Positions 1-9,797 of a stretch of 64,000 bases of DNA are shown one piece after another. Below the pieces are notes generated by a model. The model was given only the letters and a program-made list of their open reading frames with translations. It did no database searches and was not told the DNA's origin. How positions within the stretch are numbered: position 1 is the stretch's first letter; each line of letters starts with the position of its first letter. The translations under genes and the position numbers were made by a program. Source of the DNA: a phage. The stretch lies in the NCBI GenBank assembly GCA_024672315.1, contig GCA_024672315.1_4714.1. One strand, written 5' to 3'.

Positions 1-222
1 TTACTGGCGTTAAAAGCGTGGTTATTGGAGCTTCAGTTCGAAAGAGACGGCTTCTCATATCGGCGTCCGGCTGAACCGCTGATCGTTGCAATTCCTCCGG
101 TTGGTTCTGGCTGCGGTAATATCGGCTACGGACAATCCGAAACAATCCAGCCTCAATGGGTACGCGCACAAATCAAACAGTATCTTGCCACCGTGCCAAA
201 CGTTCATTTCTACTTGTTCTAA
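1..222 (+). CDS. hypothetical protein, C-terminal part only (gene begins upstream of window)
   Basis: Frame open from position 1 to stop at 220-222; track ORF starts with TTG at 25; followed by hairpin 238-271. Confidence 0.3.
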   Translation, partial: LLALKAWLLELQFERDGFSYRRPAEPLIVAIPPVGSGCGNIGYGQSETIQPQWVRAQIKQYLATVPNVHFYLF

Positions 223-237
223 TGTAAAGGTAACATA

Positions 238-271
238 GCCCTCTCCCTTCCCTTACGGGTTGGGAGAGGGC
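238..271. terminator. GC-rich hairpin at convergent junction, probable bidirectional terminator
   Basis: gccctctccc / gggagagggc arms with inner ccc-ttac-ggg; lies between + stop (222) and - stop (288); TATG follows on both strands. Confidence 0.5.
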
Positions 272-287
272 TTATGCTGTTATGTTA

Positions 288-662
288 TTAATGTTCGTTC
301 CAGATGGCATCTTCCGGTGGAACAATAGGATCTTTCTTCGGCATTGATGGCACTTCATGACGATGCTTACGGAACTGCCTATCAATAACCTCACGAAGCC
401 GGTACGCGTCAACCCACGTTGATTTATTGAACAGCTCCAATGTCACAGTTAATCGTGTTCTCGACATTGAATAGCTTTTCTTTGCAATCAAATTGGGATA
501 ATTCAGTTGAGCGAACCACGCACGTATTTGTGCTTCGGTAAAAGCGATGCTGTAATAACTAAGTTTACCGTCATTAAAATCGTGCGCGTGGGTGTAACGT
601 CCAGCGTAACGCCAGACAAGATGCACATTCAGATCGATCCATGGTGGGGTGGTATCAGCCAT
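288..662 (-). CDS. hypothetical protein (124 aa)
   Basis: Long ORF, last gene of leftward block, ends 17 nt before hairpin. Confidence 0.5.
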   Translation of the reverse strand: MADTTPPWIDLNVHLVWRYAGRYTHAHDFNDGKLSYYSIAFTEAQIRAWFAQLNYPNLIAKKSYSMSRTRLTVTLELFNKSTWVDAYRLREVIDRQFRKHRHEVPSMPKKDPIVPPEDAIWNEH

Positions 663-671
663 GTGTTACCC

Positions 672-1241
672 TCAACGATTCTTCATCACTTTACCCAGGC
701 TTTCGATATTATCCCAAAAGCGATTTTTACTTGGCGCATCGCCGACGATAACCGACATCAAATCACGACGTTCGCGACTGATGATGCCTTGTGATTTCCA
801 GATCACCATCGTCCAGCAAGCAGCCAGAACGAACAGATGGTTAATGCTCGGTTTGGTTTGTGCGACGAACGCAAGCCATGCCCAGATACCGGTATATACC
901 AACGTCACTAAAAAGAGAGAGATTGTTGCAACGACGACAACGAAGTTTTGGACAGCGGGCTGATTAGCCTTATCATGAATAGCGGTAAGATCAGGAAGAT
1001 TACCTTCAACTGAACTCGTTTCATCGATTTCCAATTCTTCGATTTCTTTTCGTGTGTCAGGAGCTAATCCAGCATCATCGAGATAGTTTTTTAACCGCTG
1101 AATACTTAATCGTTGACCGACAGGAATGTTGATGTTGTCGTAACTATTAAGCGCATCGACCAGTGAGCGCCCGTCAACGAGAACCAAGCTCGCAGTACCC
1201 ATCGTTTGCGGTTTTATTTTGTAAAGGTCTTTTACTTTCAT
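672..1241 (-). CDS. hypothetical membrane protein (189 aa)
   Basis: ORF with hydrophobic helices in C-terminal half (VVVVATISLFLVTLVYTGIWAWLAFV, LFVLAACWTMVIW). Confidence 0.5.
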   Translation of the reverse strand: MKVKDLYKIKPQTMGTASLVLVDGRSLVDALNSYDNINIPVGQRLSIQRLKNYLDDAGLAPDTRKEIEELEIDETSSVEGNLPDLTAIHDKANQPAVQNFVVVVATISLFLVTLVYTGIWAWLAFVAQTKPSINHLFVLAACWTMVIWKSQGIISRERRDLMSVIVGDAPSKNRFWDNIESLGKVMKNR

Positions 1242-1262
1242 CTAGACACCACCTCCAACGTG

Positions 1263-3875
1263 TTAAGCGTCCGGCGTAAAATCAAAAGGAATGTCCGTAC
1301 GAATGATATCATAACGTTTTCCGAGGAAATAAAACTCTTCGGGAACCTGGCCTGGAATGATGCTATCACCGATGAACTGCGGATACGCCCAGATGTACTG
1401 AGTGAGTCCTTCGAACATATCCAGGTTATTTGCGTGGTTACCCATGATACGTTTCCAGAGTTCGCGTTTATACGGCGTTTTAACATCGAACCCATAAAGC
1501 GGTGCAAGATCTTCACCAGGAACAAATCCCAGGTAATAGTGGATCTGACTAACCGGGAAACCAAGCGTATCTCGCGGAATGGTGATCGCTTGCTCAGCCT
1601 TGGTGACATGCGTCTCAATAATCCAGTCATAGCACTCCGAATAGAACCGATCGAATTTCTCTGGATTATACCATGCTTTGGGAAGATTGAGTTTCTCCGT
1701 GAACGCATTCGACATGATCGTCGGTAAGAACGGAAGAATACCGGTTTTGATCTGCGTGTATTTCGATTTTACCCGGTTAACGAGATTCCAGCAACTGTAT
1801 CCTAATTGGTCGTTACAAAACTCAACGTAGAGATCGTAGTCACCGCCGGATAATGGGTTGTTGATGTCACCGATGTCTGCGGCATATTTGTTGGGATATC
1901 GGTTATTGAAAGCCAGTTTGGTTTGGTAATCGTAGATACACGGTTTGTTGTTCGCTGTATTGATCCACCACCAAGGTTCACCTACCTGCACACAAATGTC
2001 CTGGACATGAGGGTAGATGATATCAGCAAATGCGGTTAACACATCCCCTAACCACGCCATCGCCTGTTGGTTACACGGAGACAACAACCAAGACGGTGGC
2101 GTATATCCGGTTGCTGCGATGTTTCCTTCCCAATCCTGCTGCGCCCATTCGAACGGGCATGCGGTACTCATCAATTCGTAACTTAAACTGATAGTGACAG
2201 AGAAATGGTGTTTTGCAGCATATGCAGCGAAAGCTTCATGCCACGCGATACAGGGCGGATTTAATACATCCGTGGTGTTCACCAGTAACTTACCCGCACT
2301 TGGTGTCCAGACAGTATCGTAGAAATGCGACATGCCAACATAATGCACTAATTCATCCTGATATCCCGCATAAACCAGGTTCTCAAATACACGCTCCGGC
2401 GTGATGTTGTAATGGTCATCATAAGCGGTTATCGCACGAAGTTCGTGTGGCGTACAGTGGTGGCGATTAACCGTCATTTCCTGATACACCCCATCGATAG
2501 GAAGAATCTCGATGGTTAAGCCGAGGTCGATCGGTGTTTCCAGATAGGTCGTTTCAGTCGCATCTTCCTTATAATGTCGAGAACTCATGCTGAACATCAA
2601 CGACGTTACCGATTCGAGTTCGATAGGTTCGTCAGCATAGAACCCCGCCATTGCGTCGTTGAAATCGATCGTTACGATTGCGCTTCTACCGTCTTCAGAG
2701 ACATCTGTCGCATATCGGGTTAATGAGATATACTGACGGCTATCGTCTTTGTGTACAACGGTTAAAACCGGCGGGTGTTCGGTATCTGCAAAGTTACGCT
2801 GATCGCCAGTAAACGTGATCTTCGCTTTAAAGATCAAACCAAGCAACGACGTCATGGGATCATACGCAATACAGCCGTGATCCAGCGTATCCGTTGTCCG
2901 CCATTCTATCCCGACCAACCCGTTAGCGGTATGGCATCGCATATACGCATTAAGTACCATGTCTTCACTGACAACCGCGAAGTTCTCTGTTGACTGACCG
3001 TTGATAATCCAATACATCGGCTGCCAGAGGTTACGCGTACCTTTTGCGTAGCGGTAGGTTGGTGCGCCTTTAGGGTTGCCGTTATTGAGATGGAATACGG
3101 CAGTACCTTGATAATGGTCGTTCGTATTAATCGGAACACTGTAAGCATCACCGAGGTCCGTACGTTCCACCTTCGTGATTGTTGCGTTTTCAAATAACCT
3201 ACGTAGCGCGGGTAAACCGATATCTTCAGGCGCGTTTTCTCGACGAATCGCATCCGCGATGCGGTGGGCTAAGGCGGGGTAAATGACTTCACCCTGTTGT
3301 AGGTTTGCAAGACCTACAAAGCGATCGGGGCCGATACCAGCAATCAATAACTCGACACCACCCTTCGTTCTATCGTCGTTAAGATATTTCAGTCCGGTAA
3401 GGTCAAGATGCTGAATAAGCGACAACAGGTTGTAATTACGGTTCTCAACAGTTAGTACAAGATCGCCCGCCCAAACCAAACTTCCCTCATCCGCTGTTAC
3501 TTTAACGGATTGTCGGCCTGTTGTAGACGTTGTTGTCGTTTTATTTAATTGTCCTTGTAGGAAGTCGGTTGCGAGGTCAAAGGCAATACCGTAACGGTCA
3601 GCGACCGCTTGCATGATTTCACGTAACTGGGTATCTTCTTCAATGATAATCTTGACAGGTATTCCCAAGAACGCTTTAGCAAGGTCTCGTTTAACCAACG
3701 AGACGAATACGGATTTGTAGTATCGGCTTCCATCTTTCCCTTTAAAAAGAATGGAGGTTGTTTCGGGTGCCGATAGAACACGTGCAAATACAACATCGTC
3801 GGAAGTAAGAGAAAGTCCGTTTTTCTCGTTGACCAATCTTAGTATTTCATTTTGCGCGGTTTCATGTAACTTCAT
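1263..3875 (-). CDS. tail fiber/tailspike protein (870 aa) with conserved N-terminal fiber domain and large enzyme-like C-terminal region
   Basis: N-terminus shares motif SLVKRDLAKAFLGIPVKIIIE with ORFs 9064-9591, 13408-14238 and 49364-50815; long aromatic-rich ORF. Confidence 0.65.
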   Translation of the reverse strand: MKLHETAQNEILRLVNEKNGLSLTSDDVVFARVLSAPETTSILFKGKDGSRYYKSVFVSLVKRDLAKAFLGIPVKIIIEEDTQLREIMQAVADRYGIAFDLATDFLQGQLNKTTTTSTTGRQSVKVTADEGSLVWAGDLVLTVENRNYNLLSLIQHLDLTGLKYLNDDRTKGGVELLIAGIGPDRFVGLANLQQGEVIYPALAHRIADAIRRENAPEDIGLPALRRLFENATITKVERTDLGDAYSVPINTNDHYQGTAVFHLNNGNPKGAPTYRYAKGTRNLWQPMYWIINGQSTENFAVVSEDMVLNAYMRCHTANGLVGIEWRTTDTLDHGCIAYDPMTSLLGLIFKAKITFTGDQRNFADTEHPPVLTVVHKDDSRQYISLTRYATDVSEDGRSAIVTIDFNDAMAGFYADEPIELESVTSLMFSMSSRHYKEDATETTYLETPIDLGLTIEILPIDGVYQEMTVNRHHCTPHELRAITAYDDHYNITPERVFENLVYAGYQDELVHYVGMSHFYDTVWTPSAGKLLVNTTDVLNPPCIAWHEAFAAYAAKHHFSVTISLSYELMSTACPFEWAQQDWEGNIAATGYTPPSWLLSPCNQQAMAWLGDVLTAFADIIYPHVQDICVQVGEPWWWINTANNKPCIYDYQTKLAFNNRYPNKYAADIGDINNPLSGGDYDLYVEFCNDQLGYSCWNLVNRVKSKYTQIKTGILPFLPTIMSNAFTEKLNLPKAWYNPEKFDRFYSECYDWIIETHVTKAEQAITIPRDTLGFPVSQIHYYLGFVPGEDLAPLYGFDVKTPYKRELWKRIMGNHANNLDMFEGLTQYIWAYPQFIGDSIIPGQVPEEFYFLGKRYDIIRTDIPFDFTPDA

Positions 3876-3897
3876 TAAAAACCTCAGCCCTTTAGAA

Positions 3898-4539
3898 TTA
3901 GATGTACTGCTTACCGCCCACGAAGGAAGTTAACCAGTTCCCGCTGACGAGTTGTGATACCCAGCCTGGAACGGCTCTACCATTCTGGCTCATGATGTTA
4001 CCACACCAACCAGGGAATCCGGGACGGATGTAATAGAAAGTTAAATTGTAGAGATGACAGTTCCATACCGCAACGTTATGTTTACCAGAAACCGCTTTAA
4101 AGACAAACGCGACAGGTAAAGGAGACGATAACAATTCGGTCACAGGGACGGCTGACCAGTTCGCATTCGCGTTCCACGGCTGCCAGGTATGACTACGCGA
4201 GTCGCAATATACGTTACCGTTGTTACCGCGCCCACCCGCATGCCACCACAGCGACGGACTCATGTTCTTAAGTGAGGTAAATTGTTGCGGTGGAATATTA
4301 GGAATAATAACAGGGTTGGTACCTTGTCCATGTTTCTTTTCTTTTGCGTTCACATACCCGCTTATCGATTCGAGGTATTTGGTACCAGGATAATTGTTCT
4401 GGACTTGTGTCGCAATATCACGAACGTCGAACGTCCAGCAGATCATGGTGTTATAGTAAGCGTCGGTGTTATCGTGCCATGAGTTACCATCTTGTAAACG
4501 TGCGCCGCTATTCGGTGTTTTATCTGTACTTATAGCCAT
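3898..4539 (-). CDS. hypothetical protein (213 aa), Gly/Trp/Asn-rich, possibly virion-associated
   Basis: ORF between tailspike and lipoprotein genes; 139-nt leader contains palindrome GTGAAC-N6-GTTCAC. Confidence 0.45.
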   Translation of the reverse strand: MAISTDKTPNSGARLQDGNSWHDNTDAYYNTMICWTFDVRDIATQVQNNYPGTKYLESISGYVNAKEKKHGQGTNPVIIPNIPPQQFTSLKNMSPSLWWHAGGRGNNGNVYCDSRSHTWQPWNANANWSAVPVTELLSSPLPVAFVFKAVSGKHNVAVWNCHLYNLTFYYIRPGFPGWCGNIMSQNGRAVPGWVSQLVSGNWLTSFVGGKQYI

Positions 4540-4678
4540 GGTCTTGTCCTATACGTTGGTGGTTGAGGTGACGGATATCGGATGCGTGCTGGACGTGAAC
4601 CCTATAGTTCACGCTATCGCCATTTTCTACCTCGTTTCTATTCTCAAAAAGGAAATTTCATACGATGACGCCATAGCA

Positions 4679-4708
4679 GCTCCTCCTTCCCTGACGGGTT
4701 GGAGGAGC
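4679..4708 (-). terminator. hairpin downstream of lipoprotein gene
   Basis: gctcctcc-N14-ggaggagc; followed on minus strand by TGCTATGG. Confidence 0.5.
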
Positions 4709-4716
4709 ATACTTAA

Positions 4717-5223
4717 TTACTTACTGATAACCTCAACGGAGTTGGGATCAGCGATCAATGCACGGTCGGTAGAACAATTGAAGAAGACCATCCCAACACC
4801 ATCGCCGTTCGAGTTCAGGGTTGAACTTGCGTAAGACAATGTTGGTTTGTTCATGCGGTAGAAGCGTTCGCTGGTTGCGGTATTGAACCCCAGGTCAACG
4901 TAGTCTTTCACCGTGGTATACAACTGGGTGGACTCGAAAACGGTTACCGGAGAGTCAACGGTAAACTGACTGCCTTCATCCACAACCAGAACTTTATCGT
5001 TCCAGATTTCAGTGGTTGAGAACTTCGGTTTCCAATGTTCGAATTCCTGGGTTGCGCCCCAGCAAGAATACACAGCGAGATTGCTGTTCTTCTCAACAGG
5101 TTTCAAACCCACCAGTTGCGTCAGGTCTTTATCCAGGTTCGGTAAACCTTCCAGCGTAGCACACCCACCCAGAGAAAGCACCATCAACATACCAAGAACG
5201 ATCGCGCAAAGTTTCTTCATCAT
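4717..5223 (-). CDS. putative lipoprotein (168 aa)
   Basis: N-terminus MMKKLCAIVLGMLMVLSLGGC: signal peptide with lipobox-like LGGC; embedded in tail fiber cluster. Confidence 0.6.
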   Translation of the reverse strand: MMKKLCAIVLGMLMVLSLGGCATLEGLPNLDKDLTQLVGLKPVEKNSNLAVYSCWGATQEFEHWKPKFSTTEIWNDKVLVVDEGSQFTVDSPVTVFESTQLYTTVKDYVDLGFNTATSERFYRMNKPTLSYASSTLNSNGDGVGMVFFNCSTDRALIADPNSVEVISK

Positions 5224-5277
5224 CGGATTTCCTTATGTGTTAACGGAAGTGATTTCCATAAGAATAATCGTCCGATG

Positions 5278-8200
5278 TTAATATCCCTGGTTTGTAGCTC
5301 CTGCTGTACCTGCGAACTTCAGCCATTGCCCTTCCGGCGACAATGCGCTCCGATAATGATACACTACAATCATATTTGTCAAACCGCTATAATCTGCTTT
5401 ATGTTGCGTAGTAATACGTATCGTATAATCCAACCCGTTAGGGAAGTTGAATACTTCAATGATCGTACCGGCGAGCTGGAGAGCACCGAACCCGGTGATT
5501 GTTCCTGTGCTTCCGGCGTTCATGCCCATCGCATCGCCGAATCCAATCCAGTAGCGTTTCCGAAACGCACCTTCGCTTTTCAGATAGTTGATGAAGTCAC
5601 TAAACGACATGTTCATACCACCAGATGAAAGCGTGGATGTTTTAATCGCCATGTTAGGGATATCGCTACTGGATGCTTTATATCCTAATTTCGTATCGAT
5701 TTCTGACTTCGTATACGTAGACAGATCCGCCGCAGTTAACGTGATATTCGCCGAACCATCGAACGCTTTCCCGTTGATCGTACGCGCAGTCCGCAACTTC
5801 GTTGCCGTTGCTGCGTTTCCTGAAGTATTCTGATTACCAGCGGTGTTGACACCTGGTAGGTTAATATTAGCGCTGCCGTCAAAAGACACTCCGCCTATTG
5901 TCCGGGCCGTCTTTAACTTGGTCGCTGTCGCCGCATTTCCTGTGGTATCTTGGTTACCTGTGGTATTAACACCAGGTAAGTTGATGTTTGCTGTACCGTT
6001 GAATGATACCCCACCTATCGTTCTTGCCGTTTGAAGCCTTGTCGCTGAAGCGGCATTACCCGTCGTGTTTTGGTTACCTGTTGCATTCACACCCGGGATA
6101 CTATCCTTAGATGTGTAAATCTGTGCCCATTCCGACCATTTCGCATCGGTTGTATCGCGACGTGAACGTAAATAAGCTGGAGCGTGCGCGCCCGAGGTAC
6201 CCGACCATCCAATGAGGATTTCACCTTCACCAACCGATGAAGCACCTTTAAGATGAACAATGTTACCGTAGGCTGTAGGGTATCCGTTATTGTACACTTC
6301 ATACATCTGAATACCCGTATTGCTGCCCTGGGTCGCATTAGCTAAAGCGGTGACCCGTCCCTTGGAAGCGAGCACGTTAATGCTAAAGCTAATATCAGTT
6401 GTACCGTCAAAGGCGACCCCATTAATCCTCCGCGCCGTTTGGAGTTTCGTGGCAGTAGCCGCATTACCAGAGGTACTCTGATTACCCGCTTTGTTCACAC
6501 CCGGTAAATCAATGTTGGCGGTCCCATCAAAGGACACACCCCCTATGGTTCTCGCCGTCCGAAGTTTTGTTGCTGAACCAGCGTTTCCGGAAGTGCTTTG
6601 ATTCCCCGACGCGTTGACACCCGGTAGGTTAATGCTCGCAGAACCATCAAAAGAAACTCCGCCGATCGTGATCGGTGTTTGCAGCTTCGTGGCTGTCGCA
6701 GCATTACCCGTCGTATTCTGATTGCCAACCGCATTAACGCCTGGTAATGCGATATCGGCCGTACCATCGAACGCAACACCACCGATTTTACGGGCGGTCT
6801 GTAGCTTGGTCGCTGTCGCCGCGTTGCCGCTGGTATTTTGCGTGCCCGCTTCATTTACGCCTGGTAAATCAATGTTCGCAGTACCGTCAAAAGAAACACC
6901 CCCGATGGTTCTCGCGGTCTGCAACTTCGTTGCACTTCCTGCGTTTCCGCTGGTGCTTTGATTTCCCGCTGCATTAACACCTGGTAGACTGATGCTGGCT
7001 GAACCATCGAAACTCACACCACCGATCGTAACAGCGGTTTTCAATTTCGTGGCGGTTGCTGCGTTACCGGTTGTATTTTGGTTGCCTGTCGCATTCACGC
7101 CAGGTAATGCAATATCCGCTGTTCCGTCAAAGGCAACGCCACCGATTTTACGTGCAGTTTGTAGCTTGGTTGCACTAGCAGCGTTACCGCTGGTATTCTG
7201 GGTGCCCGCTTTGTTAACACCGGGGAGATCGATGTTAGCAGAACCATCGAAGCTGACGCCACCTATCGTTCTTGCGGTAGCGAGTTTAGCTGCTGTGGCT
7301 GCATTATTACCCACTTTCAGCCAATCATCCCATGGACCATCCTGGCCGTTCCATGATGCCGTTAAACTACGTACGTAAATATTGCCGGTACGTACAGTGT
7401 AACGTTGCGTTCCACCGAATTGCCCGGTTGGGAGCACTTCAATGTAACCTGCGGCGTTTGCTTCAGGGAAATTGTGGGCGATGTCCGCGTTCGTTGTTAC
7501 TGGTTTAGACCAAATACCCACAGACGCTTCGACTGGGCCGAAGGTATTCAGATTTGCGTCTATCGCCATAGCGCCATTAAATTTCAGGTATGTCTCTGAC
7601 GATAACCCGATCGTTTTAGCAAACGCAGCTTTATCTACGATATCACTACCGTTATTCCCTGCTTGCAACGCCGTCTTAGCTGCCTTTATGGTTTCGGTCA
7701 ATCCAAGATACTGTAAGATCGCATCAACGCTTCCTTTGTTTAGCAGATTCAGACCTGTTGACGTTACGTTAGTTAGTCCGATTTGGTTCCGTCCAGTAAA
7801 ATAAGGGAGTTTATTCGCTTCTGTTGTTAGGTTAGACCACGCAGTCAACAACGCGTTCAAAGGCTGTTTACCCGCCAACGCATTGGTTACTGTCGTTGCG
7901 AAATTAGGATCGTTCCCTAAAGCTTGAGCCAGCTCATTAAGCGTATTTAGCGCTTCTGGAGACGAGTCGATCAGCGATGCGATAGCGCGCATCACAAATT
8001 CCGTGTTGGCAATCTGTCGACTGCTATCGTTCTCTGCAGCCGTAGGCGCTGCCGGGATACCGGTGAACACGGGGCTATTAAGATCTGCCTTGAGCGCGAT
8101 GAGACGTTTAAGTGCGTCGACATCGACTTTCAGGTTTTCCCACCCGATGAGAGAACCACCACTGCTGGCATGATAACGGTTATACCAGAAGTCACCGTTA

Positions 8201-9057
8201 ATGCCTAAAAAGAATATTCCCTTCTCTTCGTTTTGTGGGCCAGAACTGTTCCGTGACGAGCTGATGTAATTGATTTCAATAAGACCGGTAAACGTCACTC
8301 CTGGAATTATTTTATTGTCTCCAGCTGACTGTGATACCTGGTAAATCCCCGGGGTTGCGGCTTTAACCCATGTTAAGAATTCTGTTACTCCAGCGGTGCC
8401 GCTAAAATTCTTAACGTCGGTAAGTATTGCCCCATAACCGAACATACCGGGTAGAGCCACTCGTCCGCTGGTACGATCACGAATATCTGTTGCAACAACA
8501 GGCAATTGTTTACGAACGGCATTAACCGCTTTAGGTGTAGCCGATTTTGTCTCGTCGTCGCTATCGGTTGCATTACTTAGAATAGTTAAACCGCGCGTAG
8601 CAGTCGTTGCATCAGGAAGAAATGCGTTATCCAACACCTTAAGCTGTACTGCACTCGTATTACTAACAACGACATGCACTTGACAGTTAAGAACGCTGGT
8701 TGCGCCTTCGGCAGGCGTAGGCTTATATCTTTCTGGTGCACTGCAGACGGCAATCAGAACACCTTGGTCATCATACAGACCGATCTCACGTACCCAGAAC
8801 CCACCTTGACCAGCAGGAATAATACCCTCAACGATAATCCTGGTTGTGCTGTCACCATCCGCATGGATATTAGAAACTTCCCCACGATAAACTTCGTGAA
8901 CAAGCGCTGTTTGGCTGGCGGTCGGAGTTGGGATCGAGCCGTTACCATCACCAACGGCAAAGTGTGTGATTTTTAGTTTCTCACCGTCGGGAAGTAACGC
9001 GGCGGTGATACGTTCTGCTCCTTTATCGGTAACTACCGTTATATATGCTGTACTCAT
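5278..9057 (-). CDS. tail fiber protein (1259 aa), P2 gpH-like N-terminal domain plus tandem fiber repeats
   Basis: N-terminus ITVVTDKGAERITAALLPDGEKLKITHFAVGDGNG...GGFWVREIGLYDDQGVLIAV matches the conserved N-domain of P2 gpH/Stf-type fibers; more than ten ~45-aa repeats of type GGVSFDGSANIDLPGVNxAGNQNTSGNAATATKLQTAR. Confidence 0.8.
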   Translation of the reverse strand: MSTAYITVVTDKGAERITAALLPDGEKLKITHFAVGDGNGSIPTPTASQTALVHEVYRGEVSNIHADGDSTTRIIVEGIIPAGQGGFWVREIGLYDDQGVLIAVCSAPERYKPTPAEGATSVLNCQVHVVVSNTSAVQLKVLDNAFLPDATTATRGLTILSNATDSDDETKSATPKAVNAVRKQLPVVATDIRDRTSGRVALPGMFGYGAILTDVKNFSGTAGVTEFLTWVKAATPGIYQVSQSAGDNKIIPGVTFTGLIEINYISSSRNSSGPQNEEKGIFFLGINGDFWYNRYHASSGGSLIGWENLKVDVDALKRLIALKADLNSPVFTGIPAAPTAAENDSSRQIANTEFVMRAIASLIDSSPEALNTLNELAQALGNDPNFATTVTNALAGKQPLNALLTAWSNLTTEANKLPYFTGRNQIGLTNVTSTGLNLLNKGSVDAILQYLGLTETIKAAKTALQAGNNGSDIVDKAAFAKTIGLSSETYLKFNGAMAIDANLNTFGPVEASVGIWSKPVTTNADIAHNFPEANAAGYIEVLPTGQFGGTQRYTVRTGNIYVRSLTASWNGQDGPWDDWLKVGNNAATAAKLATARTIGGVSFDGSANIDLPGVNKAGTQNTSGNAASATKLQTARKIGGVAFDGTADIALPGVNATGNQNTTGNAATATKLKTAVTIGGVSFDGSASISLPGVNAAGNQSTSGNAGSATKLQTARTIGGVSFDGTANIDLPGVNEAGTQNTSGNAATATKLQTARKIGGVAFDGTADIALPGVNAVGNQNTTGNAATATKLQTPITIGGVSFDGSASINLPGVNASGNQSTSGNAGSATKLRTARTIGGVSFDGTANIDLPGVNKAGNQSTSGNAATATKLQTARRINGVAFDGTTDISFSINVLASKGRVTALANATQGSNTGIQMYEVYNNGYPTAYGNIVHLKGASSVGEGEILIGWSGTSGAHAPAYLRSRRDTTDAKWSEWAQIYTSKDSIPGVNATGNQNTTGNAASATRLQTARTIGGVSFNGTANINLPGVNTTGNQDTTGNAATATKLKTARTIGGVSFDGSANINLPGVNTAGNQNTSGNAATATKLRTARTINGKAFDGSANITLTAADLSTYTKSEIDTKLGYKASSSDIPNMAIKTSTLSSGGMNMSFSDFINYLKSEGAFRKRYWIGFGDAMGMNAGSTGTITGFGALQLAGTIIEVFNFPNGLDYTIRITTQHKADYSGLTNMIVVYHYRSALSPEGQWLKFAGTAGATNQGY
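5610..7290 (-). repeat. in-frame tandem coding repeats (~135 bp period) inside tail fiber gene, interrupted by a non-repeat segment
   Basis: Near-identical DNA units visible (e.g. gttaacacctggtaggttaat...gccgtc recurring); boundaries approximate. Confidence 0.7.
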
Positions 9058-9063
9058 GTTGTT

Positions 9064-9591
9064 TTATCCTGGATAAATAGTGATGATATCACCAATGACG
9101 GTTGTGGCACCGGCGTAAAGATGAGCCGGAGATACATCGTGTTGGTTTGTCACAGTAAGATCCAATCGACCACGCCAAACCATGGAGGTATTCGCGATGG
9201 GGATAGAAATCTTTTTGGATATATCGTCACGAAAATCAATAACAGTGGCAAGGGTAACTGCATCAAAATCAACGTCGGGATCAAAGACGAACCCGTATTG
9301 ATCTGAAATCGCCCGAATAATCGCATGTATAGTTGTTGTCTCAACGGACTCTAAAACGATTTTTACCGGTATTCCTAAAAATGCCTTCGCGATATCGCGT
9401 CGAGCGTAAACGATAAAACTTTCACCGCACCACTTTGTTCCTTCATTTGCTGTGACGATCACTTTTGCCCTGTTAGCACCAGAACTCCCATCCAAGGTTA
9501 ATGTAAGATCGGAGCTGCTGAACACGCTACCGTTACGTTGGTTTATCAACGTAATCAGTTCGTCTTTCCATGGCGGGTAAAGTGAACGCAT
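9064..9591 (-). CDS. short fiber N-domain paralog (175 aa), encoded immediately upstream of the 1259-aa fiber
   Basis: Contains IVYARRDIAKAFLGIPVKIVLE motif shared with 870-aa, 276-aa and 483-aa proteins; 7-nt gap to next gene. Confidence 0.6.
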   Translation of the reverse strand: MRSLYPPWKDELITLINQRNGSVFSSSDLTLTLDGSSGANRAKVIVTANEGTKWCGESFIVYARRDIAKAFLGIPVKIVLESVETTTIHAIIRAISDQYGFVFDPDVDFDAVTLATVIDFRDDISKKISIPIANTSMVWRGRLDLTVTNQHDVSPAHLYAGATTVIGDIITIYPG

Positions 9592-9705
9592 AAGCGCAAC
9601 CCTCCTCCAACAGTCAAATTAAATTGTAAAACTCCTCGAGATCAGAGTGCGATTCGAGGTAAACGTAAACAGTCCAGACGACCGCATAAAATTCCGCGCA
9701 TATTG

Positions 9706-9737
9706 CCCCTCTATCTCGCTTTGTCGAGATAGAGGGG
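9706..9737 (-). terminator. 13-bp-stem hairpin
   Basis: cccctctatctcg-ctttgt-cgagatagagggg; followed on minus strand by ...TTTTATGCGG. Confidence 0.55.
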
Positions 9738-9773
9738 AGGATAATACGATTATGCTGCCGCACTCCAAAGTTC

Positions 9774-9794
9774 ATGGGGCGGTAACCGCCCCAT
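9774..9794 (-). terminator. hairpin immediately after stop of 1198-aa gene
   Basis: atggggcgg-taa-ccgccccat. Confidence 0.45.
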
Positions 9795-9797
9795 CGG

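Noticed and set aside
4595-4612. Perfect inverted repeat GTGAAC-CCTATA-GTTCAC in the leader of gene 3898-4539
   Set aside because: Single occurrence with a short 6-bp stem; it may be an operator or RNA hairpin but there is no supporting second copy.
5610-7290. Possible CRISPR-like array suggested by regular ~135-bp repeats
   Set aside because: The repeats are in frame within a long ORF and encode fiber repeats; there are no short direct repeats with unique spacers.
5588-7378. Plus-strand ORFs (5588-5833, 5843-6034, 6722-6961, 6992-7378) with repetitive Pro/Ala/Val-rich translations
   Set aside because: They are antisense shadows of the tandem repeats inside the minus-strand tail fiber gene 5278-9057; no independent start or RBS context.
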